From Gammaproteobacteria bacterium (GTDB lineage: Bacteria; Pseudomonadota; Gammaproteobacteria; Natronospirales; DASSBR01), in contig DASSJY010000003.1 in the NCBI GenBank assembly GCA_035690945.1, forward strand, positions 8,900 through 72,899: a stretch of 64,000 nucleotides of DNA, written 5' to 3'. A program made the position numbers and the translations under genes. Within the stretch, counting starts at the first letter, position 1, and every line of letters begins with the position of its first letter. Shown in pieces: positions 55,083-63,600 of this stretch. The notes beneath the pieces are model-generated. The model was not told the DNA's origin and made no database searches. It worked only from the letters and a program-made list of their open reading frames with translations.

Positions 55083-55997
55083 CTAATCGCCGGCAAGCAT
55101 GGAAGCCAGTTCGGGGATGCCGATGACGGCGACGCTTTCGGCTTTCTGGTAGCGCTCTTCGCCGGAATAAACGATGAAGCTGCAGTCCGGCTTCAAATCT
55201 GCGCGGGCGTGGTGGAATCCCTTGTCGAGCTTGGGAGCGAGGCTGCGCTTGATTTCCACGGCCCAGCGCTTGCCGCCGGGCAGATCCAGCACCAAGTCTA
55301 TTTCCGCGCCGGCCGAAGTCCGATAGAAGCAGGCTTGGGTTCTTTCCGGCGCGGCGCTCAGCAGATTTTCTATGACGAAGCCTTCCCAGCTTCCGCCGGC
55401 GACCGGATGGCCGAGCACTGCTTCCCGGTCGTCGAGACCCAGCAGCGCGTGAGCGATGCCGCTGTCGCGCACGTAAACCTTGGGCGATTTTACGAGTCGT
55501 TTGCCGACATTCGCGTGGAAGGGCTGCAAGCGCCGCACCAGCAACAGGTCGACCAGCAGGTCGAGATAGCGGGCGACGGTTTTGCCGTCGACGCCGAGGC
55601 CACGTGCGAGTTGAGCCGCATCAAGCGTTCCGCTGTGCATGTGCGCGAGCATCGTCCAGAAGCGGCGCAGCGTTTCGGCCGGCACTCGCGGCCCCAGTTG
55701 CGGAATATCCCGTTCCAGGTAGGTGCGAATAAAGTTTTCGCGCCAGACGGCGCTGGCCTCGTCAGATGTCGCCAGAAAGCTGTCGGGGAAGCCGCCCCTG
55801 ATCCAGAGCGTTTCTTGTTGGCCACCGTCGATTTCGAGTGCACCAGCCGGGGGCCAGTTCTCGCATTGTTGCATTTGAGCCAGTGGGGGATATCCTCTCG
55901 AGTTACCATCGCACAGGGCAACGTAGCTGCGCATCGCGAGACCCATAGTTCTTCGCGCAACAAGCTGACGCAGCCGTACGCTGCTGCAATTCCGCAA
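55083..55997 (-). pseudogene. 5'-truncated AAA_14/DUF4143-family ATPase gene (only the C-terminal two-thirds retained)
   Basis: From ...TLWIRGGFPDSFLA onward the ORF matches the post-Walker region and DUF4143 part of COG1373-type ATPases (HSGTLDAAQLARGLGVDGKTVARYLDLL, KSPKVYVRDSGI, EIDLVLD). No Walker A or AAA_14 N-domain is present, and the first ~45 aa look unrelated. Homology starts at about the position of repeat copy B. Confidence 0.6.
55852..55873. repeat. Direct repeat copy B (GGCCAGTTCTCGCATTGTTGCA)
   Basis: See copy A. It sits at the point where similarity of the DUF4143 ORF to its family begins. Confidence 0.7.
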
Positions 55998-56015
55998 AAA
56001 AAGGGGGAAAGCTGA

Positions 56016-56591
56016 CTACTGGAGTTCGTCGAGCGTCGAGGTCACGAGCACGCAGGTGCAGCCGGTTTCGCTGTAAACGCGTGTGTCGCCGGTGCCTCGT
56101 TCGCCGCGATTATAGTCGCCCGGATAGAGCTTCCGGTCTTCGATCCACAATTCGCCGTCGAGCAGATGCAATTCCTCGACGCCGGCGTGCTGATGCGGCG
56201 GATATACCCCGCCGGGCTCGAGGCGTACGAGCATGCTCACGCGGTGGCGCTCGGTGTCGTTGGCGAGCAACTGGCACCAGATGCCGGGCGCGACATTTTC
56301 CCATTCCGGCTCTTTCCAGCTTTGCGCCGGAGATGCCGGATCCCGCGCGGTCGCGTCGATGCCAATGCGCTCGGCGAGCCGGTTCCAAAGCGACGGCGAC
56401 GGCCGCAGCACGTCGGTCGGCCACGAGGAGAACGAATCCACCACGGGCGCGAGCGTCGCGAGCGTGCGTCGGCAGTCCTCGCAGGTCGCGAGGTGCGCCT
56501 CAACGCCGGCCTTCTCGCTCGGCGGCAACGCTCCCAGCGCGTAAGCGCAGACCTGGTCCGCAAACCCGCAGTTATTCGCCGGCGCGGTCAT
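56016..56591 (-). CDS. ChrR-type anti-sigma factor (zf-HC2 anti-sigma domain + cupin)
   Basis: The start MTAPANN at 56591 forms an ATGA overlap with the sigma gene stop. HLATCEDCRR is the zinc anti-sigma motif. The C-terminal cupin is PGGVYPPHQHAGVEELHLLDGEL. Confidence 0.8.
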   Translation of the reverse strand: MTAPANNCGFADQVCAYALGALPPSEKAGVEAHLATCEDCRRTLATLAPVVDSFSSWPTDVLRPSPSLWNRLAERIGIDATARDPASPAQSWKEPEWENVAPGIWCQLLANDTERHRVSMLVRLEPGGVYPPHQHAGVEELHLLDGELWIEDRKLYPGDYNRGERGTGDTRVYSETGCTCVLVTSTLDELQ

Positions 56592-57229
56592 AGATCGTTT
56601 CCTTCCGGCCCGAGAGTCCGACGAAGCTTGCCGAGCCCTGACCGGATCCGTGTCTTGATTGTTCCGAGCGGCTCGTTCAGCCGAACCGCCACTTCGGAGT
56701 AGGTCAGGCCGGAGAAATAGGCGGTTTCGATCGCGAGGCGCTCGTTGGCCGTCAAGGTCGCTAGTGCACAATGCAACGTGCCTGCTTGCTGCGCTCGCTC
56801 GACAGGCGCCTCGGACGGGTTGTTGGCCGCAATCGCGGCCTCGGCCTGTCCGGTGTGTGGATTGACGCGCTTCTTGCGTCCATCGTGGCGCACCCGGTCG
56901 ATCGCCCTCGACCGCGCCTGGTTCATGATCCAGCCGACGACCGTACCGGCATCCGGATCGTACGTCGGGGCGCGACGCCAGACGTCGTGAAAAACGTCCA
57001 GCGTCAACTCTTCCGCCGTTTGGCGGTCATTCGCAATTCTCATGGTGAGCGTAAACACGATTCGTTGAGCGCGGTTGTAAAGCGCCTCGAGCGCATACTC
57101 GTCACCGGTCGCGATCGACCTGACGAGCGCGACCCAGTCGCTCTCGTCAACCAGCTCCGCAGCGGGCTGTGCATAAAGCACGTCCCCGAGCGTAGCCGGT
57201 GCCGCCCCTGTTTCATCGTCCTCACGCAC
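56588..57229 (-). CDS. ECF (group 4) RNA polymerase sigma factor
   Basis: Region 2 (AEELTLDVFHDVWRR, GTVVGWIMNQARSRAIDRVR) and region 4 HTH (LTYSEVAVRLNEPLGTIKTRI). Confidence 0.85.
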   Translation of the reverse strand: MREDDETGAAPATLGDVLYAQPAAELVDESDWVALVRSIATGDEYALEALYNRAQRIVFTLTMRIANDRQTAEELTLDVFHDVWRRAPTYDPDAGTVVGWIMNQARSRAIDRVRHDGRKKRVNPHTGQAEAAIAANNPSEAPVERAQQAGTLHCALATLTANERLAIETAYFSGLTYSEVAVRLNEPLGTIKTRIRSGLGKLRRTLGPEGNDL

Positions 57230-57275
57230 GGCGCAATTATCGCCGCATAAGCGCTCGTTGTGAATACCTCGCGGG

Positions 57276-57638
57276 TCACGTTGATTTCGCGCTCGTTAAC
57301 GGGTCGCCAATGGCGGGTAACTCGCCGCCGGCCCTGTTGCGCGCCAGACGGCTCGGGGCCCTGAGCCGGTCGCGCTCGAATTCGAACTCCACGAAACAGT
57401 AGCCATGGAAGTGCAGCTTCTCGAGGCGTGAGGCGCCGTGCGCGCCAGCGAACTCCGCTTCGATCTCCGCCTCAGAGAAATCGATTTTCATCCCGCACAA
57501 CGCGCAGCGGGCGCCGGAGCCACGGCCGCCCCACGTGTCTTTCGGCCGGGTGATCGGCAATCGGCCGTGCGCGATCAGATCGCGTGCCTGCTTGCGCAGT
57601 TGAATTGTCCGCTGCTCAGTTCTCGTAATACTTGTCAT
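57276..57638 (-). CDS. Hypothetical 120-aa protein upstream of the ECF sigma gene
   Basis: The ORF has plausible coding composition and contains CALCG...HFHGYCF, a possible metal site. I recognise no family. Confidence 0.35.
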   Translation of the reverse strand: MTSITRTEQRTIQLRKQARDLIAHGRLPITRPKDTWGGRGSGARCALCGMKIDFSEAEIEAEFAGAHGASRLEKLHFHGYCFVEFEFERDRLRAPSRLARNRAGGELPAIGDPLTSAKST

Positions 57639-57825
57639 ATTCTAAATTTGCCTGTGTTACCGCACGACGTCCGCGGAGAGGGGCGATCAGACCGTCCAGC
57701 ACGGCACGCCCAAAACCTGTTTATAGACGCTGCTTCATACAGTAGAACGTCAAGCGCGGGCGATTGGATTGGTCCCGCCAAGCCGGCTTACTGGCAGGGT
57801 TAGCGGGAGGCTGTTCGGCCTAGGG

Positions 57826-57854
57826 TTTACCCAAGAACAATTTACCCGCATAAT
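57826..57854 (+). promoter_or_regulatory. Sigma70-like promoter feeding riboswitch 1
   Basis: TTTACC-N17-CATAAT. The predicted start site falls at about 57860, the 5' edge of the aptamer. Confidence 0.45.
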
Positions 57855-57962
57855 CGCCACCGCACGACAACGGCAAACCCGGCGAAAGCTGGGGACGCAA
57901 AGCTTCCGGCCTTCGGTATCGCTTAACGACGATGCCTGGTAGCGGGGTCACCGAATGCATGG
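57855..57962 (+). promoter_or_regulatory. c-di-GMP-I (GEMM-I) riboswitch aptamer
   Basis: CGCACGACAACGGCAAACCCGGCGAAAGCTGGGGACGCAAAGCTTCCGGCC...CCTGGTAGCGGGGTCACCGAATGC. This aligns almost position for position with the V. cholerae Vc2 aptamer as I remember it (CACGCACAGGGCAAACCAUUCGAAAGAGUGGGACGCAAAGCCUCCGGCC...GGUAGGUAGCGGGGUUACCGAUGG), including the GAAA tetraloop hairpin. Confidence 0.85.
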
Positions 57963-58097
57963 GTACATAGAAGGCCCGCCTCCACCATGCGCGTTCGCGC
58001 AGGTTTTCCTTGATCGTGTGTTCAATGCAGTTTCGCGGAGCTGTTGCGAGTTGCATCAGGCCTGTCTGAGTGGCCGGCAATGATCGAGGGTTCATCG

Positions 58098-60767
58098 ATG
58101 AACGATGACGAGCAGACGCCTCAAGGTGACCTGGAATTTCGTGCGACCCATTCCCGCGCGCTGTTTGATTACGGCATGGATGCAGTTTTCCTCGCTCGCC
58201 CGGATGGCAGCATTATTTCCGCCAATCCAGCGGCCTGCACCTTGTTTGGAATGTCGGAAGCGGCGCTTCAGGAAGCGGGCCGCGCCGCAATCCTCGACGA
58301 AAACGATCCGGCGCTGCTCGCGATGGTCGCGGAGCGCACGAAGAAGGGCTCGGCGCGCGGGGAGGTTAAGGCGCGCCGTGCAGACGGAACCGGCTTCATT
58401 GCCGAGATCAGCAGCGTCATTTTCCTCAACGGCAAGGGCGAATATCTCACCAGCGCGACGGTCCGGGATGTAACCGCGAGAAAACTGGCCGACGACAAAT
58501 TGCGCTGGCGCGACCGACTGCTAAGCATGACCTCCAGGATTGCTCGGGTCGGCGGCTGGGAAGCAGATATGCGGTCGTTACGGGTGGCGTGGTCGGACGA
58601 AGTCTGCCGTATCCACGGCGTCGAACCCGGGACGGTGATGCCGCTCGAGGACGCGTTCCAGTTCTATGTACCCGAGCACCGCGAGCGTATCCGTACGGCA
58701 TTCATGGCCTGCACGCGCGACGGGTTGGCTTACGATGAAGATTTCGTCATCGTGACGACGGCCGGGGAAAGACGGCACGTTCGATCTATCGGCGAAGCTG
58801 TTCGCGATGCGGCCGGCAACATTACCCGCATTCAGGGCGCACTTCAGGACATTACCGAACTCAAACGGGCGGAGACCAGGCTTGTCCGAGCGCGTGAGCG
58901 CTTTCAGCAGTTTGCCGACGCAATGCCACTAATCGTGTGGACAGCAAAAGCTGATGGCACTGTGGACTACGCCAATAACGCGTTCAGTCAATTTGGTTCT
59001 ACCGACAGAGATGAGCTGCTAGCTCGGCATTGGCAGGATGCCATACATCCTGACGATCGCGAACGCTGCAGGGCAGCCTGGCAAGAGGCGGTGGAAGCCG
59101 GCACGCGCTACGCAGTTGAAGTCCGCTGCCTCACACCCGGCAATACCGGCGGACGCTGGCACATCATCAGCGCCGAACCGATTCGCGACGAAGGGAGGAT
59201 CGTCAGATGGTACGGCACCGCCATCGACATTCACGAACGCAAGCTGTCGCAGAAAGCAGCCGCCGAGTCGGCAGAGCGGTTGCAAACCACGCTCGAGAAT
59301 ATTACCGACGGGTTCATGATGTTGGACCATGATTGGCGTTTCACCTATGTCAATGGCGAAGCGGAGCGGCTGTTACGAGGGAAGCGCGAAAGATTGCTCG
59401 GACGAAATGTCTGGACCGAGTACCCCGATGCTGTCGGCATGAGTTTCGAGAGGGGATATCGGCAGGCTGTGGAGACGCAACAGGCAGTGCATTTTGAGGC
59501 GCACTATCCGCCGCTGGGCATCTGGGTCGAGGCGCATGCTTACCCCACGAGCGACGGGGTCGCCGTCTATCTTCGCGATGTCACAGAGCGGCGCGCCCTG
59601 GAAGAACAACTCCGACAGTCGCAGCGGCTGGAGGCCGTCGGGCAGTTGACAGGCGGCGTTGCGCACGACTTCAACAACCTGCTCACGGTCATCCTGGGCG
59701 GCGCCGATGCGCTGTCGGAAAAGCTGACCCCAGACTCGCCACTACACGAGTTGGCGCTCGTTATCCGAACGGCGGCAGAACAAGGGAGCGCGCTCACCCG
59801 TCGATTGCTCGCCTTCGGGCGGCGCCAGCCGCTGTCACCACGAATCGTGAATATTAACCAACTCATCGCCGGAATGGACGATCTACTGCGACGTACGCTG
59901 AGCGAAACGATCGATATCGACATACAGACCATGCCCGAGTTATGGTCCGCCTTGATTGATGCCACCGAATTGCAAGCGGCCTTGCTGAACCTGTGCCTTA
60001 ATGCTTGCGATGCAATGGGTCAGGACGGCTGCCTGACGATTGAGACCGCCAATGCGCGTCTGGACGGGGCATACGCCGATCAGCACAAAGGAGTTACTCC
60101 GGGCGAGTATGTTTTATTGGCGGTTTCGGACACCGGTACTGGCATCGCTGCGAACCATCTGGAAAAGGTCTTTGATCCCTTTTTTACCACCAAGGAGAAA
60201 GGCAAAGGCACCGGCCTGGGTCTCAGCATGGTGTACGGGTTCGTGAAGCAGTCCCGAGGCCACATCAAGATTTATTCCGAGCCAGGCCAAGGGACCACCG
60301 TCAAGCTGTATCTACCGCGTGCCAATCATGCGGCGGACGCGTCACAGTCTGTGGCCGACGCTGCCATTGATACTCCATCCGAAGTCAGCGGTAGCGTGGT
60401 GCTTGTGGTTGAGGACGACGATCTGGTGCGGCGGCACGCGGAAACGCTGCTCATTGATCTGGGCTACGAAGTGGTGGCCGCGGGCGACGGCCCTGGTGCG
60501 TTGGAACTAATTCGTGCGCGGCCAGACATCGACTTGCTGTTCACAGACGTAATCATGCCCGGCATGAATGGGCGTGAATTAGCGGAGGCCGCGCGCAAGC
60601 TTCGGCCGGCCCTCGCGATCCTTTTTACCTCCGGCTACACGGAAAACGCGATTGTCCATCATGGCCGACTGGATAAAGGCGTGCATCTGCTGCAGAAACC
60701 TTATCGAAAGGCGGAACTTGACCGCAAGTTACGCGACATTTTGCCGCAGACAGCAGTATGCAATTGA
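58098..60767 (+). CDS. Multi-PAS hybrid sensor histidine kinase (PAS x3-4, HisKA, HATPase, REC)
   Basis: Several PAS/PAC modules ([72 protein letters not shown]). H-box [11 protein letters not shown], then [17 protein letters not shown] and receiver VLVVEDDD...[11 protein letters not shown]...LQKP. I prefer the ATG at 58098 (GAGGG 9 nt upstream); 58080 and 58044 are alternatives. Confidence 0.85.
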   Translation: MNDDEQTPQGDLEFRATHSRALFDYGMDAVFLARPDGSIISANPAACTLFGMSEAALQEAGRAAILDENDPALLAMVAERTKKGSARGEVKARRADGTGFIAEISSVIFLNGKGEYLTSATVRDVTARKLADDKLRWRDRLLSMTSRIARVGGWEADMRSLRVAWSDEVCRIHGVEPGTVMPLEDAFQFYVPEHRERIRTAFMACTRDGLAYDEDFVIVTTAGERRHVRSIGEAVRDAAGNITRIQGALQDITELKRAETRLVRARERFQQFADAMPLIVWTAKADGTVDYANNAFSQFGSTDRDELLARHWQDAIHPDDRERCRAAWQEAVEAGTRYAVEVRCLTPGNTGGRWHIISAEPIRDEGRIVRWYGTAIDIHERKLSQKAAAESAERLQTTLENITDGFMMLDHDWRFTYVNGEAERLLRGKRERLLGRNVWTEYPDAVGMSFERGYRQAVETQQAVHFEAHYPPLGIWVEAHAYPTSDGVAVYLRDVTERRALEEQLRQSQRLEAVGQLTGGVAHDFNNLLTVILGGADALSEKLTPDSPLHELALVIRTAAEQGSALTRRLLAFGRRQPLSPRIVNINQLIAGMDDLLRRTLSETIDIDIQTMPELWSALIDATELQAALLNLCLNACDAMGQDGCLTIETANARLDGAYADQHKGVTPGEYVLLAVSDTGTGIAANHLEKVFDPFFTTKEKGKGTGLGLSMVYGFVKQSRGHIKIYSEPGQGTTVKLYLPRANHAADASQSVADAAIDTPSEVSGSVVLVVEDDDLVRRHAETLLIDLGYEVVAAGDGPGALELIRARPDIDLLFTDVIMPGMNGRELAEAARKLRPALAILFTSGYTENAIVHHGRLDKGVHLLQKPYRKAELDRKLRDILPQTAVCN

Positions 60768-60782
60768 TTAGAGGAATTGGGA

Positions 60783-62015
60783 ATGACTGACGGGCGCCTG
60801 CTGATTCTGGACGACGATCCTGCTGTCGGCCGTATCATCCAGTACATGGCCGCCAACATCGGCTTGACGCATCGCGCGGTAACGGCACCAGATGCCTTCT
60901 TTGCCCATCTGGACGCTTGGGAGCCGGATTACATTCTGCTCGATTTGCTGATGCCCGAGATGGACGGCGTGCAAATCCTGCAATGCCTGGCGGAACGTGG
61001 CTGCAAGGCGGCCATCATTATCTCGACTGGAGCCGATGACAGGATTCGGGACGCGGCACGGCGGGCGGCGCAAGAAAACAAGCTGTTTGTCGCCGGATCC
61101 TTATCGAAGCCGTTCACTGTGGCGCAGCTGCGCGAAATCATCAATGGCATCGATGCCGCTCGCCCGGCACCGCAGCGGCAGCCTGTTCCACTCGGCAATC
61201 TGCCAATTACGGAAGCCGACCTGCAACGGGCGATCGAGGAACAGCAGATCGAACTCGCTTACCAGCCTAAAATCGCTTGCGCCAGCGGCAGGCTGCTCGG
61301 TTTCGAGGCGCTGGCGCGTTGGCGGCATCCAGATCGAGGCATCATCATGCCGGACGAGTTTATACCGCTGAGCGAGACGAGCGGGCTGATTGATCCGCTT
61401 ACGCGGCTGGTAGTGCGGCAAGGACTTGAATGGATCACCGGCGCCGCTCGTGAGGTGCATGCGGAAACGCTGTCGCTGGCCATTAACCTGTCAGCCAAAA
61501 GCCTCGCCGTTTCGAATCTGGCCGATCGTATTGCCGCCGTCTGCAAGGCATTTTCATTTCAGCCTGAACGCCTGACGCTTGAGCTGACCGAAACCGCAGC
61601 GATGGAGGATCCGGCGCTCGCGCTCAGCATGCTGACACGGTTGCGTATCAAAGGCTTTGACCTGTCGATCGACGACTTCGGTACCGGCTATTCGTCGATG
61701 ATGCAGTTGTCCCGATTGCCTTTTTCGGAGATCAAGGCCGACAAATCCTTTGTTATGTCGGCCTCGCGTTCCTCCGAATCGCGCGCGATCGTCAAGGCGA
61801 CGGTGGATCTCGGCCGCAGCCTCGGGCTGCGAACCGTTGCCGAAGGTGTTGAAGATATCGACACGCTGGACTATCTGAACGAGATCGGCTGCGACGTAGT
61901 CCAAGGCTACTATATCGCTCGTCCGATGCGTGCCGAAACAGCGGCACGATGGATGACAGGATGGGCCGGCTGGACGGAACCCGATTTGCGCGTTCGGCCG
62001 GCAATGTCATTGTGA
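60783..62015 (+). CDS. Response regulator with EAL c-di-GMP phosphodiesterase output (REC-EAL)
   Basis: GAGGAA lies 6 nt before the ATG at 60783. The receiver is LLILDDD...LLDLLMPEMDG...ISTG...SKPF. The EAL domain has its catalytic motifs intact (YQPKI, FEALARW, NLS, ELTE, DDFGTGYSS, KADKSF, EGVE, QGYY). Confidence 0.9.
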   Translation: MTDGRLLILDDDPAVGRIIQYMAANIGLTHRAVTAPDAFFAHLDAWEPDYILLDLLMPEMDGVQILQCLAERGCKAAIIISTGADDRIRDAARRAAQENKLFVAGSLSKPFTVAQLREIINGIDAARPAPQRQPVPLGNLPITEADLQRAIEEQQIELAYQPKIACASGRLLGFEALARWRHPDRGIIMPDEFIPLSETSGLIDPLTRLVVRQGLEWITGAAREVHAETLSLAINLSAKSLAVSNLADRIAAVCKAFSFQPERLTLELTETAAMEDPALALSMLTRLRIKGFDLSIDDFGTGYSSMMQLSRLPFSEIKADKSFVMSASRSSESRAIVKATVDLGRSLGLRTVAEGVEDIDTLDYLNEIGCDVVQGYYIARPMRAETAARWMTGWAGWTEPDLRVRPAMSL

Positions 62016-62072
62016 CGCAATCCGGTCCTGGATCGACCTTGTCTTAGATCGAGTCTAAATTGCTGTATTTTC

Positions 62073-62101
62073 TTGCCCTGCATGTGGATTCCCGCTAAAA
62101 T
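62073..62101 (+). promoter_or_regulatory. Sigma70-like promoter feeding riboswitch 2
   Basis: TTGCCC-N17-TAAAAT. The predicted start site falls at about 62107, the 5' edge of the second aptamer. Confidence 0.45.
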
Positions 62102-62102
62102 T

Positions 62103-62205
62103 GCGTCCGCACGAAAAGGCAAACCCGTCGAAAGGCGGGGACGCAAAATCACCGGCCTAAAGGATCTTTTACGGATCCCACGGTAGCGGGATCGTCGAAC
62201 GCGCA
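62103..62205 (+). promoter_or_regulatory. c-di-GMP-I (GEMM-I) riboswitch aptamer, second copy
   Basis: CGCACGAAAAGGCAAACCCGTCGAAAGGCGGGGACGCAAAATCACCGGCC...CCACGGTAGCGGGATCGTCGAACGC. The conserved blocks are the same as in copy 1 and Vc2 (GGCAAACC, GAAA tetraloop, GGACGCAAA, CCGGCC, GGTAGCGGG). Confidence 0.8.
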
Positions 62206-62335
62206 GGCGATGTTCTGTCCGCCTGTTCTGTGGCTCTCTATTGCAGAGTTTCGTGCCCGTGCGCTGGTGCAGGTCGGCTTATGCCGACGGTGCCGGCGTG
62301 TATTTTCGTACCCGAAATAGGGATGGAATGAAACG

Positions 62336-62836
62336 ATGAATAAGAGACTCTTGAAGCTTGTTATTGCGGGCGCTTTGATTGTGCCCACCGCATCTGCGTT
62401 TGCCGCCACCTCGGCGACGACCACGTTCACGACATCGGCCACTGTCGTCGCCTCCTGCCAGGTCGCGGCGGCCAATCTGTCGTTCGGGAATGTGGATCCG
62501 CTCTCGGCTACGGCGACCGACGCGACTTCGGACATCACCGTGACCTGCTCCAAAGGCACCGCGTACACAGTGGGTCTGAACGCAGGCGCGACGACGGGTG
62601 CCACCACGACTACGCGTCAGATGCTCGACAGTAACAGCGATGCGATGAACTACGGTCTCTACACCGATTCAGCGCACGCAACCAACTGGGATGACATTGG
62701 CGGCACCAAAACGCAGGCTGGGACCGGCACCGGATCGGCGCAGACGCTAACCGTCTACGGTGAGGTTCCTACCGGGCAGACGGCTTTGCCGCCCGGCGCT
62801 TACAGCGACACCGTCACCGTCACCGTCTCGTACTAA
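62336..62836 (+). CDS. Spore-coat-U (SCPU) domain fimbrial subunit, Csu-type pilin
   Basis: Signal peptide ...ASAFA|ATS. The Thr/Ala-rich beta protein has the SCPU hallmarks ASCQV...LSFGNVD, ITVTCSKGTAYTVGL, YGLYTD and a C-terminal YSDTVTVTVSY. Confidence 0.8.
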   Translation: MNKRLLKLVIAGALIVPTASAFAATSATTTFTTSATVVASCQVAAANLSFGNVDPLSATATDATSDITVTCSKGTAYTVGLNAGATTGATTTTRQMLDSNSDAMNYGLYTDSAHATNWDDIGGTKTQAGTGTGSAQTLTVYGEVPTGQTALPPGAYSDTVTVTVSY

Positions 62837-62847
62837 GGGGAACTAAA

Positions 62848-63588
62848 ATGGCGGCACGGTCCTTTAGCCGGCTGCGCGGCAAGGTCGTGCTGCCCGTTCT
62901 CTTGTGTCTTTTACTGGCCCCGCCGGTCTATGCCGGCGGGTTCCAGATCACGCCCATGCTGATCGAGGTGCCGACCGGCTCGTCGATTGCCACCTACACC
63001 GTGCGCAACACCGGGAATCAAGCGGTAAACATTCAGGTCAGCGCTTTTCGCTGGACGCAGTCTGGCAATCAAGATCATTATGCGTCGGCGTCCGACCTGA
63101 TGGTTATTCCACAGATATTGTCCGTCCCGCCGGGAGGTCAACAACTGGTGCGGGTGGCGCTGCGGAGCGCGCGACCGCCTGGTGAATTGGCTTACCGTGT
63201 GCATTTCGACCAAATTCCGCCCACGCCGAAGAAGGGCTTTATTGGCGTGCAAACCGTGATCGACATGGATCTGCCATTGTTCTTCCTGCCTCCGCACGTC
63301 AGCAACAGCTTCCGCATCCAGTTGACCCGCAAGGCGCGGGGGAAGGCTGCCATGGCGAATATCCACAATACCGGCACCCGGTTCCTGCGCATCTCCAATC
63401 TCGTCTTGCTAAACGCTGCCGGCGAGGAAGTCGGTAAGCTTCGCGGCCCTCTTTACGTTTTGCCTGGTATGAACCGTCATTGGACGATCAATATCGAGCC
63501 AGGTAAATCGCCGCTCGTGGCGGGAACGTATCGCCTGAAAATTGTGAGTGACGGGAAGCAGCAGATACGCCGGTTGTCCCTGCAGTAG
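62848..63588 (+). CDS. Periplasmic fimbrial chaperone (PapD/CsuC-like)
   Basis: Signal peptide, then FQITPMLIEV...YTVRNTGNQAVNIQV, VIPQILSVPPGGQQLVRV and a two-domain Ig-like layout. Confidence 0.8.
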   Translation: MAARSFSRLRGKVVLPVLLCLLLAPPVYAGGFQITPMLIEVPTGSSIATYTVRNTGNQAVNIQVSAFRWTQSGNQDHYASASDLMVIPQILSVPPGGQQLVRVALRSARPPGELAYRVHFDQIPPTPKKGFIGVQTVIDMDLPLFFLPPHVSNSFRIQLTRKARGKAAMANIHNTGTRFLRISNLVLLNAAGEEVGKLRGPLYVLPGMNRHWTINIEPGKSPLVAGTYRLKIVSDGKQQIRRLSLQ

Positions 63589-63600
63589 CCGGGTGGTGAG

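Noticed and set aside
54696-55096. Short ORFs (79, 90 and 96 aa) in the gap between the giant gene and the DUF4143 fragment. I also looked here for a tRNA or att site.
   Set aside because: No RBS, no motifs, and mutually overlapping frames. I could not fold a tRNA cloverleaf. Only the 22-nt direct repeat is reportable.
45251-55997. Prophage, ICE or transposon interpretation of the island
   Set aside because: I recognised no integrase, transposase, terminal inverted repeats, tRNA target or phage structural genes. Only compositional skew and one short direct repeat support mobility.
62101-62108. TTGCGTCC upstream of aptamer 2, perfectly complementary to the conserved GGACGCAA core (possible anti-aptamer pairing)
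   Set aside because: The predicted transcription start (about 62107) would exclude most of it from the RNA. An 8-nt complement could be coincidental. It needs start-site mapping before any claim.
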